A DNA stretch of 63,283 nt, the filler included, from Octopus bimaculoides (lineage: Eukaryota): NCBI RefSeq assembly GCF_001194135.2. It is 7 parts of 6 records of this genome, joined end to end, with 100 filler letters (N's around TTAATTAATTAA, not from the genome) between each part and the next. Parts side by side here need not be neighbours in the genome. Positions count along the whole stretch, not along the records: positions 13,257 to 22,168 come from NC_068981.1; positions 22,269 to 39,812 come from NC_068981.1; 5 more parts are not named here. The stretch is one strand, 5' to 3'. The notes below the pieces were generated by a model that saw only the letters and a program-made list of their open reading frames with translations, did not search any database and was not told the origin of the DNA. The translations under genes were made by a program, and so were the position numbers. This document shows positions 13,157 to 26,848 of this stretch, in pieces; position 1 is the stretch's first letter, and the number at the start of each line of letters is the position of its first letter.

Positions 13157-13256
13157 NNNNNNNNNNNNNNNNNNNNNNNNNNNNNNNNNNNNNNNNNNNN
13201 TTAATTAATTAANNNNNNNNNNNNNNNNNNNNNNNNNNNNNNNNNNNNNNNNNNNN
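13157..13256. other. Artificial scaffold-join spacer N44-TTAATTAATTAA-N44 (linkers also at 22213, 39857, 51999, 58126, 61577)
   Basis: The identical 12-mer with stops in all six frames is centred in 100-bp N blocks six times. Confidence 0.95.
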
Positions 13257-13379
13257 ATATATATATATATATATATATACATAGATATAACTATACATAT
13301 GCATATATGTGTGTGTGTATATATTATATGATGTTTACCAATGCATTCACAAAATTTCATTCACACCACAAAAAAACTT

Positions 13380-13700
13380 CGAATGAGCAGCACAGAATCC
13401 ACGGCTCCATTCTTAGAAATGACTAAACATGTTCTACTATCGGAATTTACCGTGTACAGGAAACTATTTACCACTTCTATACACAACTTAAATAATGGAA
13501 CTGCAACTACAATGTTTTATATTTTACTTTTACTTTCATTCTCTTATTTCCCTCTATATTCCCTCTCTTCTCCTTTTCCACAATAACTCCTTATTTTGAA
13601 CTCAAACATTTACCTTTATTTAACCATCTCAAATCATCTCTGATGAAGGAGTATCCATAATATCCCAGAAACAGCTGTAAGACTATATCTAGATAGCTTT
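13380..13700 (+). mobile_element. Decayed 3' end of a Penelope-like element (GIY-YIG C-terminus-like remnant plus hammerhead motif)
   Basis: ...IHNLNNGTATTMFYIL weakly resembles PLE endonuclease C-termini and is followed by CTGATGA...GAAACAGCTGTA. Confidence 0.35.
13637..13682 (+). ncRNA. Minimal hammerhead ribozyme motif (slightly decayed)
   Basis: tct-CTGATGA-aGGA...TCC-ca-GAA-ACAGCTGT (palindromic stem III)-A-aga; short stem I tct/aga; 2-nt insertion before GAA. Confidence 0.5.
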
Positions 13701-15329
13701 CCTTATACATGTCCAGAAAACTTCTCACAGCCTTGGCTTTGATATCTCTTTTGTGTAATATATATATATATTTATATACATACAATTCATATTGTATATA
13801 TTTATAGCGTATTCGATATAATGAAACTTGAAAGTATGTTATACAATATACAAGAAGCCAATGAAGAAAATATGTGAAGAGATTCTTACAAAGCTAAAGT
13901 AGAATTGAAAATCTAGTCAATCCTTATATATTCCCGGTAAATCGCACATCTAAAGAGGAAATATCTAATAATGGTGATAATGAATTAATAGAAACTAGCT
14001 TTCACAATGGGAGTAAGTACAAGCAGCAGCATTAATGATTCAGTCTCCTTTCAACAACCAGCATCATCGCCCCAAACCATGATACTAAAATAAACCCTAC
14101 AAATCAACCAACGTCTGCTCTCTGAAAATACTACAGTGCACGAATTAACCCAAGCGCTCCAAGGAAAGAGAGACACATATTCATTGTTTTTTCTTTGTTT
14201 TTGTTTTTTTCAGTAACATACAGCGACATTCATTTTATCAATTACAATCGTGTTCATGACAGCAGCCCATGTATCAATGAACAAAACTAGAAAAAAGTTC
14301 CATATATTGAGTACTTAATTGTGCATCAGAAACACTCACAGTTTTTCTTCATCTTAATTTAGGCCTAAACCAAACACTTTCACTTAAACGCTAAATCTCA
14401 AGTTAGAGATTTTATGTCCACTTTAGGGTCATGCACAATTTGGAGAAAGAGAGGAGCAGCTATTTTCTCCTACGATTCCTTTATCACAGATTCAAAGAAA
14501 GTATCATCCAATGGCTACTCGGAATCAGTACCCATTTCATTCAGTAATGCATATATTGGAAAGAAACAATGATCGGTGACTTCAACCTTGCTTTTAGGAT
14601 CGGCGTAAAAGTAAACTTAAACATGGGATTTTCATCTCGACTTCGGTCAAACTAGTGATTGAGGCACTTTTACACTTATTAGTGTTTCTCACCATTCCCA
14701 ATTCTTTCTTCTGCCAACATAACACAACAAAAGTGTTCTGCAATTTGTGATGAGTAACCAAGCTCGCTCTATTCATATTATCGCAGTCGAAAACAAATTA
14801 TGTCAGAAAAGCGATAAGTTACTGTGTAGTATCGCTTTCTCAACTTCAGAAAATCATTGAACTCAGCGCAGTCATTATGCAATCTGAATTTACATAAATA
14901 GCTTGATTAAACTTTACTTATCGCGTGTTGACTAGATTTTCAATCTCATTCAATCCAGTATAAGAGTATTTTATCAGCTACTTGAAAACATTATCTCTCC
15001 TGTATGTGTTAACCACACACCATCACGATCTAAAGACAAATGTGAATTAAGGCTCCTACAAAATCTGATTTGAGTCACAAAACATAGTAGCACAATTTTT
15101 TTTTTTAACTAAACTGATACTGGCTTATTCAACATTACAAACAAAGCCATTAAAAAAAGTGCCCCATTGCATTCAATCGGTAACTGGAAAAATTCTTTCA
15201 ATAAATATCAGACATCAACACATTTAGGCGAGAATCACTTTCTGCTGGACTCCTAAAACATTCCTAAAAACTATCCTAGATACTGGTATTACGTTAGGCA
15301 TGGCCAGGGCCAACATACATGCATACACG

Positions 15330-15331
<2 letters not shown>

Positions 15332-15421
<90 letters not shown>
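15332..15421. repeat. (GA)n microsatellite; representative of many (GT)n, (TA)n, (TACA)n and (GATA)n arrays (e.g. 3659-3707, 4465-4530, 5851-5940, 7779-7875, 28940-29020, 39074-39124)
   Basis: Directly visible. Confidence 0.95.
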
Positions 15422-15424
<3 letters not shown>

Positions 15425-15706
15425 GAGAAATAGAAATATATTGAGAAATAGGTTATAATTTAACACACTCACCCAAGCACAACAGTATATGCTTCAACAC
15501 ACGAACTCACATAAAGAATCTTGCAAACCAAAATCCAAAAACAAAATACATCTTCCTGTACGACAATGGTCTTACAAGTATAGTGACCCTAAAGTGACGT
15601 CCGAACGTCTTTGTTAATTTTTTTTCTAATATTCTTTTATGGCTGAGAAATTATTGTCTACAACCCTGTGTTTTTTGCACTTTTTTATTACTTTATTACC
15701 TAATTA

Positions 15707-16950
15707 TTAGGTTGTTCGTGAGCTTTATTACCTAATTATTGAGTTTTTCGTAGGCTTTATAGTAGCTTACCTTTCGACTTATTTTACAACGCGGTTATGT
15801 CCATGAAATAGGGTTTGACTCCACCTTCATTAGAGCACAGTTTAAGCTATCTTTACGTGGAAGAAAGTTTATGTTCCTATAACCTTGTTAATTCTGTAAC
15901 ATTTTAAAATGTAAGATAAAGTTGATTTTCGGCACTTGATGCTTTTCTTTTTCCGTAAAGGGAAAAATGTATCACAAGCAACCAAAGAAATATGCGCAGT
16001 TTACGGCTATGTTTCATTATCCGAAAGAACTGTACGGATGTGGTTCGCAAGGTTCCGAGCTGGAGATTGTAGCGATCAGGCAGACCATCCACTACAGATG
16101 ATGACCAAATCAAGTCATTAATTGAAAATAACTCACATTGCAAAACCCGAGAATTGGCAGAAAGGCTCAACCTATCAAAATCCGTCGTTCATGAGCACCT
16201 GGTAAAGCTTGGGTACACAAATAGCTACGATGTTTGGGCACCACATGAGTTGAGTGAGAAGAACCTTTTGGATCGCATTTCCATCTGATTCGCTTAATAA
16301 ACGAAATGAAAACGCGATTTTTTAAAGCAAATTGTGACAGGTGATGAGAAATGGATTATCTACCGAAATGTTCAGAGAAAGCGATCCTGGAGTAAGCGAC
16401 ATGAGCCACCCTTAGCCACCCCAAAAGCGGGTTTACACCCTAAAATAGTCTTGCTTTGTGTCTGGTGGGATTGGAAAGGAATTCTGTACTATGAGCTTCT
16501 CCCAAGTAACCAGACAATTAATTCTGAGAGATACTGTACACAACTGGACGAGTCGAGTTAAAAGTAGCAATTCAAGAGAAACGTCCAGAATTGTCCAACA
16601 GGAAGGGTGTTGTTTTCCAGCATGATAATGCAAGACAGCATGTTTCTTTTGGAGCTAGACAAAAATTGCTGCAGCTCGGATGGGATTGTTTTACTCCACC
16701 CTCCATATTCTCCAGATATTGCTCCTTCGGATTTCCACTTATTCAGGTCTTTGCAGAATAGTCTTAATGGTAAAAATTTCATTTCCTTGGATGACGTAAA
16801 AAGATACCTTGATGAATTCTTTGCTATGAAACCACCGCAATTCTGGGAAGAGGGTATTTTCAAGATAAAGGAAAGATGTAGACGCATTGAGCAACAAAAT
16901 AATTCATATTTGGTTGATTAAAAATGTAATGGCAAGTATTTATTGACCTT
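15707..16950 (+). mobile_element. Mariner (Tc1/mariner) DNA transposon, decayed, right TIR not seen
   Basis: TA|TTAGGTTG...-like left end at about 15705-15720, followed by a transposase pseudogene. Confidence 0.85.
15909..16921 (+). pseudogene. Mariner transposase pseudogene (DD34D)
   Basis: Fragments RHLMLFFFRKGKN..ATKEICAVYG (HTH), VTGDEKW, VLLCVWWDWKG, HDNARQH, HPPYSPDIAPSDFHLFRSLQNSL. There are 34 residues between the 2nd and 3rd D after correcting one frameshift. Stop at codon 2 and several frameshifts. Confidence 0.92.
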
Positions 16951-17355
16951 TTTCACTCTCTTGGAGTTTGTACTCCATTTTAAGTGTTAATCCTTCAGGA
17001 AATATACTTCTCACATTGTTGGGAGAGGATTGTCAGTCAAAACAACAAAACAACTCTCAGAATAAGACAAGAAACTTTAAATATTCTAGCATGCGCGCAA
17101 GAAAGAGAATTTAACTGAACACACACACNNNNNNNNNNNNNNNNNNNNNNNNNNNNNNNNNNNNNNNNNNNNNNNNNNNNNNNNNNNNNNNNNNNNNNNN
17201 NNNNNNNNNNNNNNNNNNNNNNNNNNNNNNNNNNNNNNNNNNNNNNNNNNNNNNNNNNNNNNNNNNNNNNNNNNNNNNNNNNNNNNNNNNNNNNNNNNNN
17301 NNNNNNNNNNNNNNNNNNNNNNNNNNNNNNNNNNNNNNNNNNNNNNNNNNNNNNN

Positions 17356-17397
<42 letters not shown>

Positions 17398-17970
17398 TAC
17401 AACTTCTACATGGAAATATATACGTGTATGGATATTAAGTAATAATGACATAAATGTATGCTAAAACTAAGTTTAGAACTCTCCAACTTTTTTCGTATAT
17501 TCTAAACTAACTTTTGCCAAACATACTTGCTGTAGTCTCTAATGGTATGTACATATTTAAAGTAAACACAAGAGATATATTTCTTTCTTAAGAATTCACA
17601 TAATTATTCACTCAGCTTCTGAGAAATTATGGCTTCTATAAAGCACTTCCAATGATTTCCTATATTCAACACATTATAAATATTTTCAAGATACTTAACA
17701 TTTCCATCATATATAAGAACTGTAAGACATCATGTAATCTACTCTTTAGACTTGACTATCAATTATGGAATTTGTTCCCCGAAACACTGAAGATGCATTA
17801 CGCAGAGACAGTAGTAGTAGTTAGCACAATCGTTACAGTGTTTGAGAAAATCTCTGATATTTACTGATAGCACGAGCATTCGGCTTTCAAATCGACTAAT
17901 TATTCTCCTCTCCTCTCGAGCCAAATGTTAAACTGAAGGCTGCTCAAATCTGGTCGCCGTCATTTTGTGC

Positions 17971-18159
17971 CAATGGTTCTCAACTAGAAAACATATGATA
18001 CTTAAGGTTTCACACAGGATTTTTCATACTGTTTCTAATACTATTTAATTATGGAAACACTAAAGGGAATATTTTAAAATATCGAATGGCTATGGGGGTA
18101 CAAAAGAATAAAACAGGAATCAAAGAGGTCTCCAGGCAAAAAATAGTTGATAACCAATG
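17971..18159. mobile_element. hAT/Charlie-type MITE
   Basis: TIRs CAATGGTTCTCAACT / AGTTGATAACCAATG (13/15 complementary). Flanking 8-mers TTTTGTGC and TGTTATGC (6/8) fit a decayed 8-bp TSD. Confidence 0.65.
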
Positions 18160-18604
18160 TGTTATGCGCTGAAGTGAATCAATAAGTATATATAATTATT
18201 ACACATCAATAATTCAATTATATGCCATTGAAAAACATTTTTTAAAAGACGTATGTATCTAAAAATATCTTCGTTATACTTTGTACAACATTTTAAAAAG
18301 GATATGATTGAGTATTCTCACTTGTTGGTTATATTGGTATTACACAATTTCTCTCATGCAATATTAAATATAATGATGTACTATCAATGAAATTTTACGT
18401 CTCCTCGGTAAATAACTTCCCTTATAGAGTGTATTCGTTTGAGATTATCTTCAGTTTATATACATTTTTAGCTATCTAACTATATGAACTATATTGAAAC
18501 TTGCCTACGATTACTTTGATTGTTTAGCCTAATTATTAAGCTCTGTCTTGAAAGTAAACCACATTGTTCAAATGGCAAAAATACTTAATTAATGATTTTT
18601 AATT

Positions 18605-19150
18605 GCGCCGGAGTGGCTGCGTGGTAAGAAGCTCGCTTACCATCCACATGGTCCTGCGTTCAGTACCACTGCGTGGCACTTTGGGTAAGTGTCTTCTACT
18701 ATAGCATCGGGCTGACCAAAGCCTTGTGAGTAGATTTAGTAGACGGAAACTGGAAGAAGCCCGTCGTATACATACATACATACATACATATATANNNNNN
18801 NNNNNNNNNNNNNNNNNNNNNNNNNNNNNNNNNNNNNNNNNNNNNNNNNNNNNNNNNNNNNNNNNNNNNNNNNNNNNNNNNNNNNNNNNNNNNNNNNNNN
18901 NNNNNNNNNNNNNNNNNNNNNNTATATATATATATATATATATATGGTGGGGGTGTATGTTTTATGTGTTTGCGTTTGTCCTCCCACCATCGCTTGACAA
19001 CAGATGCCGGTGTGTTTACGTCCCCGTAACTTAGCAGTTCGAAAAAAGAGACCGATAGAATAAGTACTAAGCTTACATAGAATAAGTTCTGGGGTCAATT
19101 TGCTCGTCTAAAGGCGATGCTCCAACACGGCCGCAGTCAAATAATTGAAA
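18605..19150 (+). mobile_element. Full-length family-A SINE whose internal microsatellite is an assembly gap
   Basis: Head 18605-18765, (TACA)n-N-(TA)n, 3' body and tail to TAATTGAAACAATTAAGAG. Confidence 0.85.
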
Positions 19151-20461
19151 CAATTAAGAGAATTTAAAACTATGCAGAAAATATTTTGTCGGCGATCATA
19201 GTAATTGATCATATTACATTTATGCAAATAAACCATTGAAATCCATATCAGTTAATCATAATGTAAATGTTAACAACTAAAAGCAGATCTCCATTTATTT
19301 TCCTTACTCTCTCAGTTGGGAAAGATTGACGTTTACGCCAGCAACAGATTTCTAACCTATAATACTGATATTCAATAGTCGTATAGCTTCATTCCTAAAT
19401 GTCAATAAATTTGTGAAAAATAAGTAATCGTTATATATGTGGACGTAATTATATAAATATATATACATGCGTGTGTATGTGTGTATATATCTGCGGATAT
19501 ACACAAAGACACACACACACACACACACACACANNNNNNNNNNNNNNNNNNNNNNNNNNNNNNNNNNNNNNNNNNNNNNNNNNNNNNNNNNNNNNNNNNN
19601 NNNNNNNNNNNNNNNNNNNNNNNNNNNNNNNNNNNNNNNNNNNNNNNNNNNNNNNNNNNNNNNNNNNNNNNNNNNNNNNNNNNNNNNNNNNNNNNNNNNN
19701 NNNNNNNNNNNNNNNNNNNNNNNNNNNNNNNNNNNNNNNNNNNNNNNNNNNNNNNNNNNNNNNNNNNNNNNNNNNNNNNNNNNNNNNNNNNNNNNNNNNN
19801 NNNNNNNNNNNNNNNNNNNNNNNNNNNNNNNNNNNNNNNNNNNNNNNNNNNNNNNNNNNNNNNNNNNNNNNNNNNNNNNNNNNNNNNNNNNNNNNNNNNN
19901 NNNNNNNNNNNNNNNNNNNNNNNNNNNNNNNNNNNNNNNNNNNNNNNNNNNNNNNNNNNNNNNNNNNNNNNNNNNNNNNNNNNNNNNNNNNNNNNNNNNN
20001 NNNNNNNNNNNNNNNNNNNNNNNNNNNNNNNNNNNNNNNNNNNNNNNNNNNNNNNNNNNNNNNNNNNNNNNNNNNNNNNNNNNNNNNNNNNNNNNNNNNN
20101 NNNNNNNNNNNNNNNNNNNNNNNNNNNNNNNNNTATATACATATATAGATGTATATATACCTATATATATAGATGTATATATACATACATATATATATAG
20201 ATATATATATATATACATATATATATGTATATATACATACATACATAATATATATATGTATATATATATATATACAAACATACATATATATATATGTATT
20301 TATACATACATATATATATATGTATATACGTACATATATATGTATATAGACATACATATATATGTATATATACATGCATACATATATATGTATATGTACA
20401 TACATATATCTGTATATATATATATATACATATATATATGTGTGTGTGTGTATATATATAT

Positions 20462-20506
<45 letters not shown>

Positions 20507-22399
20507 CATACACACATATTTATATGTATCTATACACACACACACAAACACACACACACACATGTTAGTTAATAAAACTTGAAAATGAAGACGACTAAAG
20601 TCCAAAAAAAATGTTATGTTTACAGTCGTGCACATATCTGGTGAATATACGGAGAGAGAATAAATATAATGGGACATAACTTGAAAACGATGTAAATTGT
20701 ACAGTAGAATACTAACGCCATTATAGAGTTGATATGAAATATAGTACACCCTTATTAACATAATTTTATTTTTATTAATTCTACAATAAATTTAATACTA
20801 GTAAGGTTTTAATGTTTTTTTTTTCTTTTTATTGTGAAACTGTTCTGGATTGTGAATTTACCGTCTCTTTCCAAATTCTAAAGAAATGCTTTTTCTAGAT
20901 ATGTTTTTGCTAAAATATATATTCCTTATAGTTTATAAGTGCAACCGAATGACAGAATTATTAGATTATTTAACTATATAAATACATTTTCATACGAGCG
21001 AAACAATTCTGAAATCAAGGTGATATTTCAATGAAAGCTTTATCCATATAAGTAAAGACACAAATTATTCGCCAGAGTTTATATAAATTTGTTCAAAATT
21101 TTATATTTTATATTGAAACATACAACACTTGGTGTATTGAGAGAAAACTACAACACGTTTATAAGTCTCATGTAGAGAAACCTTGGTTTAATTTTTTCTA
21201 TATTTTGTGCGGGACATAATTGAATTTTAAATAATTTTCCATCTGAAAGCAGTGAGAAAACATAAAATATATCTTATCATATCCTCATATTACACAAAAA
21301 AATTACTAATTCATATTGACAGAAATTCATTTAGTAATACATCAACTACGTTTTTTTAATTTTAAATTTTGAGTGTTTAATACAACTTTCAAACATATAT
21401 TTAAAGTTTAGGATTAATGATAATATTTATTAAATATCTGATTTTATATTTAATCATATTTTCTAATTGTGTGTAGGATGTACATTATATGTAATATAAT
21501 CAAATAAAAATTTTCTCAAAGTATCCGATTTATAAATGTAATATGATCAAGTAAAATACTGTACACAAATTTTCTTGTAAATTGACACTTCTTAAGGACA
21601 AATTGTATATACGTAAGGAAAAGAAAGAAAATAAAAATTTTGTTTTTATAGTTTTGCATAACGTTACTAAATTATATCTCAAAAAGGTGAATATGTTTCA
21701 GAAGCCAGTAGAAAGAACGAATGCAATGCGATTTTGATGAGAAAAGATTCATTCTGTATCTTACATCTAAAACCAAATGCTCTCAGACTTTCCTATCCAC
21801 TGAATTCAAAATGAAGATTGATATACGAAAGTCAAAATTACATGATATTCAACGATGAACTTTAAATTAAATCTAACGTATAAAGTAGATCAGTTATATA
21901 TGTGTGTGTGTATATATATATATATGCACATGTGTTCACGTGTGTTTATGTGTGAGTGCAGACATACGTGTGTGCGTGCGGGCATAAGCGTGTGTGAGTA
22001 TGCGTGTGTATATATCCGTGTATATGTATGTACGTATGTGTGTGTACATGTATGACAATAAATACCTGCATATATATCATCAGAATTGTATATTTGTGTG
22101 TTTACATATCTATTTGCATATCTTTGGTGGAAATACAACATCAACTATATATATATATATATATATATNNNNNNNNNNNNNNNNNNNNNNNNNNNNNNNN
22201 NNNNNNNNNNNNTTAATTAATTAANNNNNNNNNNNNNNNNNNNNNNNNNNNNNNNNNNNNNNNNNNNNCGTGCACGTGATTCTATCCATTATAAAGATTA
22301 AAATTCAAAAGTCTTAGTTTTGGCGCGCTGAATCCGGAAAATATCTCTGCAGAAAATAATTTCTGCTTTGAATTTACCATGCATGTATGTATATATCTA

Positions 22400-22441
<42 letters not shown>

Positions 22442-22675
22442 CGTCAATGCCTGTATAGTTTGGGCATTCTCAAGTAAAAAACAAAATGTGATGTTAATCA
22501 AAGCTGAGAGTAACGGAAATAGTTGGTGTCTTCAAGTCGGCAGACGTATTCGTCAAGGTTTCTTACGCCCCTCTTTCAGCGATAATCATATTTTCGTCAG
22601 TTCATTCATTCACCGGTTTATAGACATTGACATACATATAGACTTGCAAATATTTATGTGTGCAGNNNNNNNNNN

Positions 22676-22727
<52 letters not shown>

Positions 22728-22839
22728 GTCTATATTTGCGTGTGTATACATTATGCTATTTGTTAAAATCGGCTATGAATACAATATGTCATATATTCAT
22801 AAGGGGATAAACTCTAATATTGCATGATGATTACAAGCA

Positions 22840-22889
<50 letters not shown>

Positions 22890-22919
22890 AGCCTATCCGT
22901 CTGTCCATCAATCCGTCTG

Positions 22920-22956
<37 letters not shown>

Positions 22957-25299
22957 TGTGTGTGCTGGAAGAATTTCTTCAGAAATCAAGGTATTAGATA
23001 CTATTAGAGTAATAATAATGCTAATACGTTTTAATAATTACTGTTACATGATACGCGAAAGGAAGAATATACGAACAAAGCATTAAGGAAATGATAAACG
23101 GCTACTGGAGAGAGATTGCTTGTTTGATCCGAGATTGGCCAGCTTGGTAATCACTTATTGTCTCGCATAATTCAAGTTTCTTCTAAATACAATGTACTAC
23201 ACATACATAACAAACATGCACCTGCGCTTACTTTGACATCCATTGAAACTGCATCTTTTCATGTAGCAAGTCAAAGGCTTCTGGACTTAGGGAAAGGCAT
23301 TCCTCTCTCTGTTTATTGAATATGGCCTGAGAACGAAGGTAAAGCTAAGAAGAAGTATTTTAACCGGTATTTGAGAGTGTATTGCAACGTCGTCTCGCCA
23401 GTAGGTTAGCGTCATTGTCAACAGAGAACTACCGCTTATGGGAAAACTCGAAAAACATAGGAAATTAAGATATAATTTACCTACCAATTGAATTTTGGAT
23501 TAATGATTTGCTGATTTGCTTTTATGTTAGATTGCAGGCAGAATAGTTGACAGATCATGTCCAGGTATTAAGTCTTAACTCACTTTCGTTCTACAGTGCA
23601 AGATGCCACTACCAACTCTGATCACTGAAGCTCTAGTTCTCGTCTGATTACGTCCCAGTCCAAAAGTTCTTATCCCAATAGCAGCATAATTAATTCCCAA
23701 TAAACTGGCGAAAGACAAATATGATCGAAGAATCTGAATTAACACCTGTTCAGTTTTCAACTTACTCAGTTACCTGCTTTTTTCCAAGGCAAAAGAATTC
23801 GATAGTTTTACGGAAACGATGTAATGCAATGCTGTGATGTCCATAGTTTTCTCAAAAAGTATTACTAATGTGAGTGAAAAGGAAGTTGCTTTTAGTAAGA
23901 TTCCAACCAAGATTGTCGAGTGTATTAGATCCTATCCAATGATAGTCTTCGAAATTAAAGTGAAATATTGAGTGCTTCGATCAACGGGAAGTATGTATTT
24001 GTTACAAAGAGTCGATGTAATTGATCAGTCACCTTAAATCGAACGATATGACTAGTGCTCATTTTACTGACACCAAAGAGATGGAAGTCAAAATTGGCTC
24101 CAGTGATATTTCACCTTCTTTACTTAAATATTAAGTCTTAACTTACTTTCGTTCTTTTTAGTTTGATAAAATAAAGTACCAGTCAAGTAGTGAGTCAATA
24201 CTTTTAAATAGGAGAGATGGGTCGCTAGTATGAATACAGCATCGAACATTTGAGTCTCACCGAAGCAGTCTTAGATTTCCAATCTTTCTACGTCGATAAA
24301 ATATGTACTAGACAAATACTGAGCCGATTCGAGTACGTCTTTTGTCTATGTTAGAAACCAACTCTTAATTTATAATACGGCTCCTTAATGAATTTTATTA
24401 AAATACAATTGTTTTCTTCTTCTACGTGGTTGATTGAACTGCAAGAAATAGCAGCTAAATGTGCCTCAGATCACACACATTATTGTTTTATAGAAGGAAG
24501 AATTATTGAACACTATAGACACTTATAGATGAGGCTAGATAGTCATAGTTAGAATGCCTTTCACAATAACTTCGCACGATCAGGATTGAACTAGGTTAAA
24601 TGAAATGCATTGCTTTTCTTTCTTTTTACTGCCTAACTGAATTTTTTCTCTTCTTGTTTTCGTTTATATCTTTTACTCAAAATGTATACCACCGATTTTC
24701 ATTTAACATTTCATCTCATAGACATTCTTGTTTTTGCTGTTTGTTTAACTTGAAATCTGTCGGCAGATTCGGACAAGTGAGCTTGACATCAGCAGAAATG
24801 ACACCTCTTCAGTGTGGAGATAACATTTATCAGTAGGATTTTTTTAAAGCTTTCAAATAAACAGTTTTCACTACATACTTGGTTCTTTAAATATTATTTT
24901 GGAGTTTCTTTTTACCGTTTATTTATTTTTTTGTATATTTTTACTCTTTTGGATCACGAAATAGAACAAGGATACCATATTTACAACCTACACAAAAGCC
25001 ACATGAAAATAAAACAAAACAAAAAGAAATAAAATGTTGACTTGTTGTTTAGCGCCAGGTCAGCCCTGCCTAAGCAGTCCAATGACATGTGGTGTCCCAG
25101 CTGTGATCATTCATCTTTCTTTTTAGTTTTAGTGTATCAAAGATGAAAGACTGTAATTTGGGAGCAGTTTCGTTTGAGGATTCTTAAATATTTGGTTATT
25201 TTCTATTACAGTTATTCATATAACAGGGTACAATTCAGTAGCTTTCAGTACATTCATTACGCTCACTCCTACCCAAAAGTGTCATCAACCATTAACCAG

Positions 25300-25950
25300 T
25301 TGCTCTCCCTGTGTCCAGTGGTTGGGTACCAAGGCTCTCCAGTTTCATGTGCTGTGTTGCATGCATACCATCAACAAGGCTCTTATTTTCTAGTCCCATA
25401 GTCAGAATAGTACTGGGTGCATGCAATGTCTAACATATAATAGCTCAGTAGACTTGAATCTCGATAATAGATGTTTTTAGACATTCAGCTTTTCTAGTAT
25501 CGGCGAACTGGCAGAAACGTTAGCACGCCGGGCGAAATGCTTTGCGGTATTTCGTCTGCCGTCGCGTTCTGAGTTCAAATACCGCCGAGGTCGACTTTGC
25601 TTTTCATCCTTTCGAGGTCGATTAAATAAGTACCAGTTACGCACTGGAGTCGGTGTAATCGACTTAATCCCTTTGTCCTTGTTTGTCCCCTCTACGTTTA
25701 GACCTCTGTTGGCAATAAATATTTGTTATCCTGTCTTTCCAGCTTATGCTGACCAATCTGCGAAAGATCCGTATTTCAAAGGTTTCTATCTTTTTCTTCA
25801 TAGTTAGGTGCAAGTTTTTACCCTGCACAGGAAAAGTGGTATAAGTTTGCTATGTTCAGTTTTAGATTCAGTATTATATCTTTCAAGATGCAGATCTTTT
25901 TTTTCATTCTTACGTGTTTTAGCCTTTTGTCTTAAATAATTTCTTTATCG
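25300..25950 (-). mobile_element. RTE-like LINE fragment interrupted by a SINE
   Basis: Minus strand ...LTMKKKIETFEIRIFRRLVSISWKDRITN (about 25720-25830) resembles the RTE post-RT region and appears to continue below 25500. Confidence 0.5.
25501..25718 (+). mobile_element. Family-D tRNA-derived SINE
   Basis: CGGCGAACTGGCAGAAACGTTAGCACGCCGGGCG...GAGTTCAAATACCGCCGAGGTCGACTTTGC...TAAGTACCAGTTACGCACTGG; homologous to 45700-46137. Confidence 0.85.
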
Positions 25951-26848
25951 TAATCTTCAAAATATATTATTTGTCATAAATTGTTGAATGTGTTTTTTTA
26001 TTTGCTTAATCTTTTTATTTTCTTCGTTTTGTTGTCTTACTAGCAACCATTGTCTTTGTTTTATTTTTATATTCAGATATATAGAACTTTATTGTCAGTA
26101 TGCTCTTCTCAACGACTTTTTGTGATTTCTCATTGCTGTCATCCAACCTTATACAATAACCACCCAATAACCTAACACAACTCGCACGAGTTTTATTTTA
26201 CGGAACCAGTATCAAACAATATAACACTATATAATACAATATAATACGCAAGCAACACGAAATAAAATAATACAGTACACGCTTAGACATACCGATGCTT
26301 GTGAATATATTTGAAAACTCATATGCTATATTGAATTATTTTCTCTAAGTTAAACTTTTTCTATTAAAAGTATACAAATGTATGAAAACATTCACATGTC
26401 TAATATGTAGACATATGAACGTGTAAATATATATGCTGCGTATTTGTTTTATTTTTGTGTCCATGTGGACAAAAGTTTATGCATGCAGGTAAACACCAAA
26501 TAAACCGGAATAGTGTACACTATGATACTGGTGCAAGACGAAGCGAAAGTGAACAAAACGTCGTATTATACGCCATCTCTCCCTGGCATTGCGCTAGAAT
26601 CTATACTATCAGGTAGCACGTTCTGGAAAATGAAACTTCGAATAGCGTAAAACGGAAGCAGGAATTTTGATCCGACATACTAAAGAGTTACTCAAAAATA
26701 TAGAGCTCTTTTTCCCTTTGTTCGCGTTTAATCGTATTTACGGTTTTATAATTTCAGTATCAACTAATCAACTATGTATGTATGTATGTATGTTGGTATG
26801 TATGTATGTATGTATGTTGATATGTATGTACACACAGACACACATATA

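Noticed and set aside
12927-13208. Gly-rich ORF resembling a structural protein
   Set aside because: Low-complexity GGT/GAT tract open in several frames, ending in a gap, with no splice support.
14670-14720. 18-nt minus micro-exon (KKELGM) as the next SH3KBP1 exon
   Set aside because: Weak acceptor and no homology; such matches are expected by chance.
17770-17820. Hammerhead-like CTGAAGA...GAGAC (also about 195-245 on the minus strand)
   Set aside because: Core substitutions and no credible stem I or stem III.
22213-22224. TTAATTAATTAA as a biological motif
   Set aside because: Always centred in exactly 100-bp N blocks; a synthetic assembly linker.
23531-23596. Plus-strand mini-exon IAGRIVDRSCP and minus-strand donor-like sites near 23580/24140
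   Set aside because: The implied 32-nt intron is too short, the downstream frame closes, and the shared 25-mer at 23567/24130 lies among decayed SINE debris.
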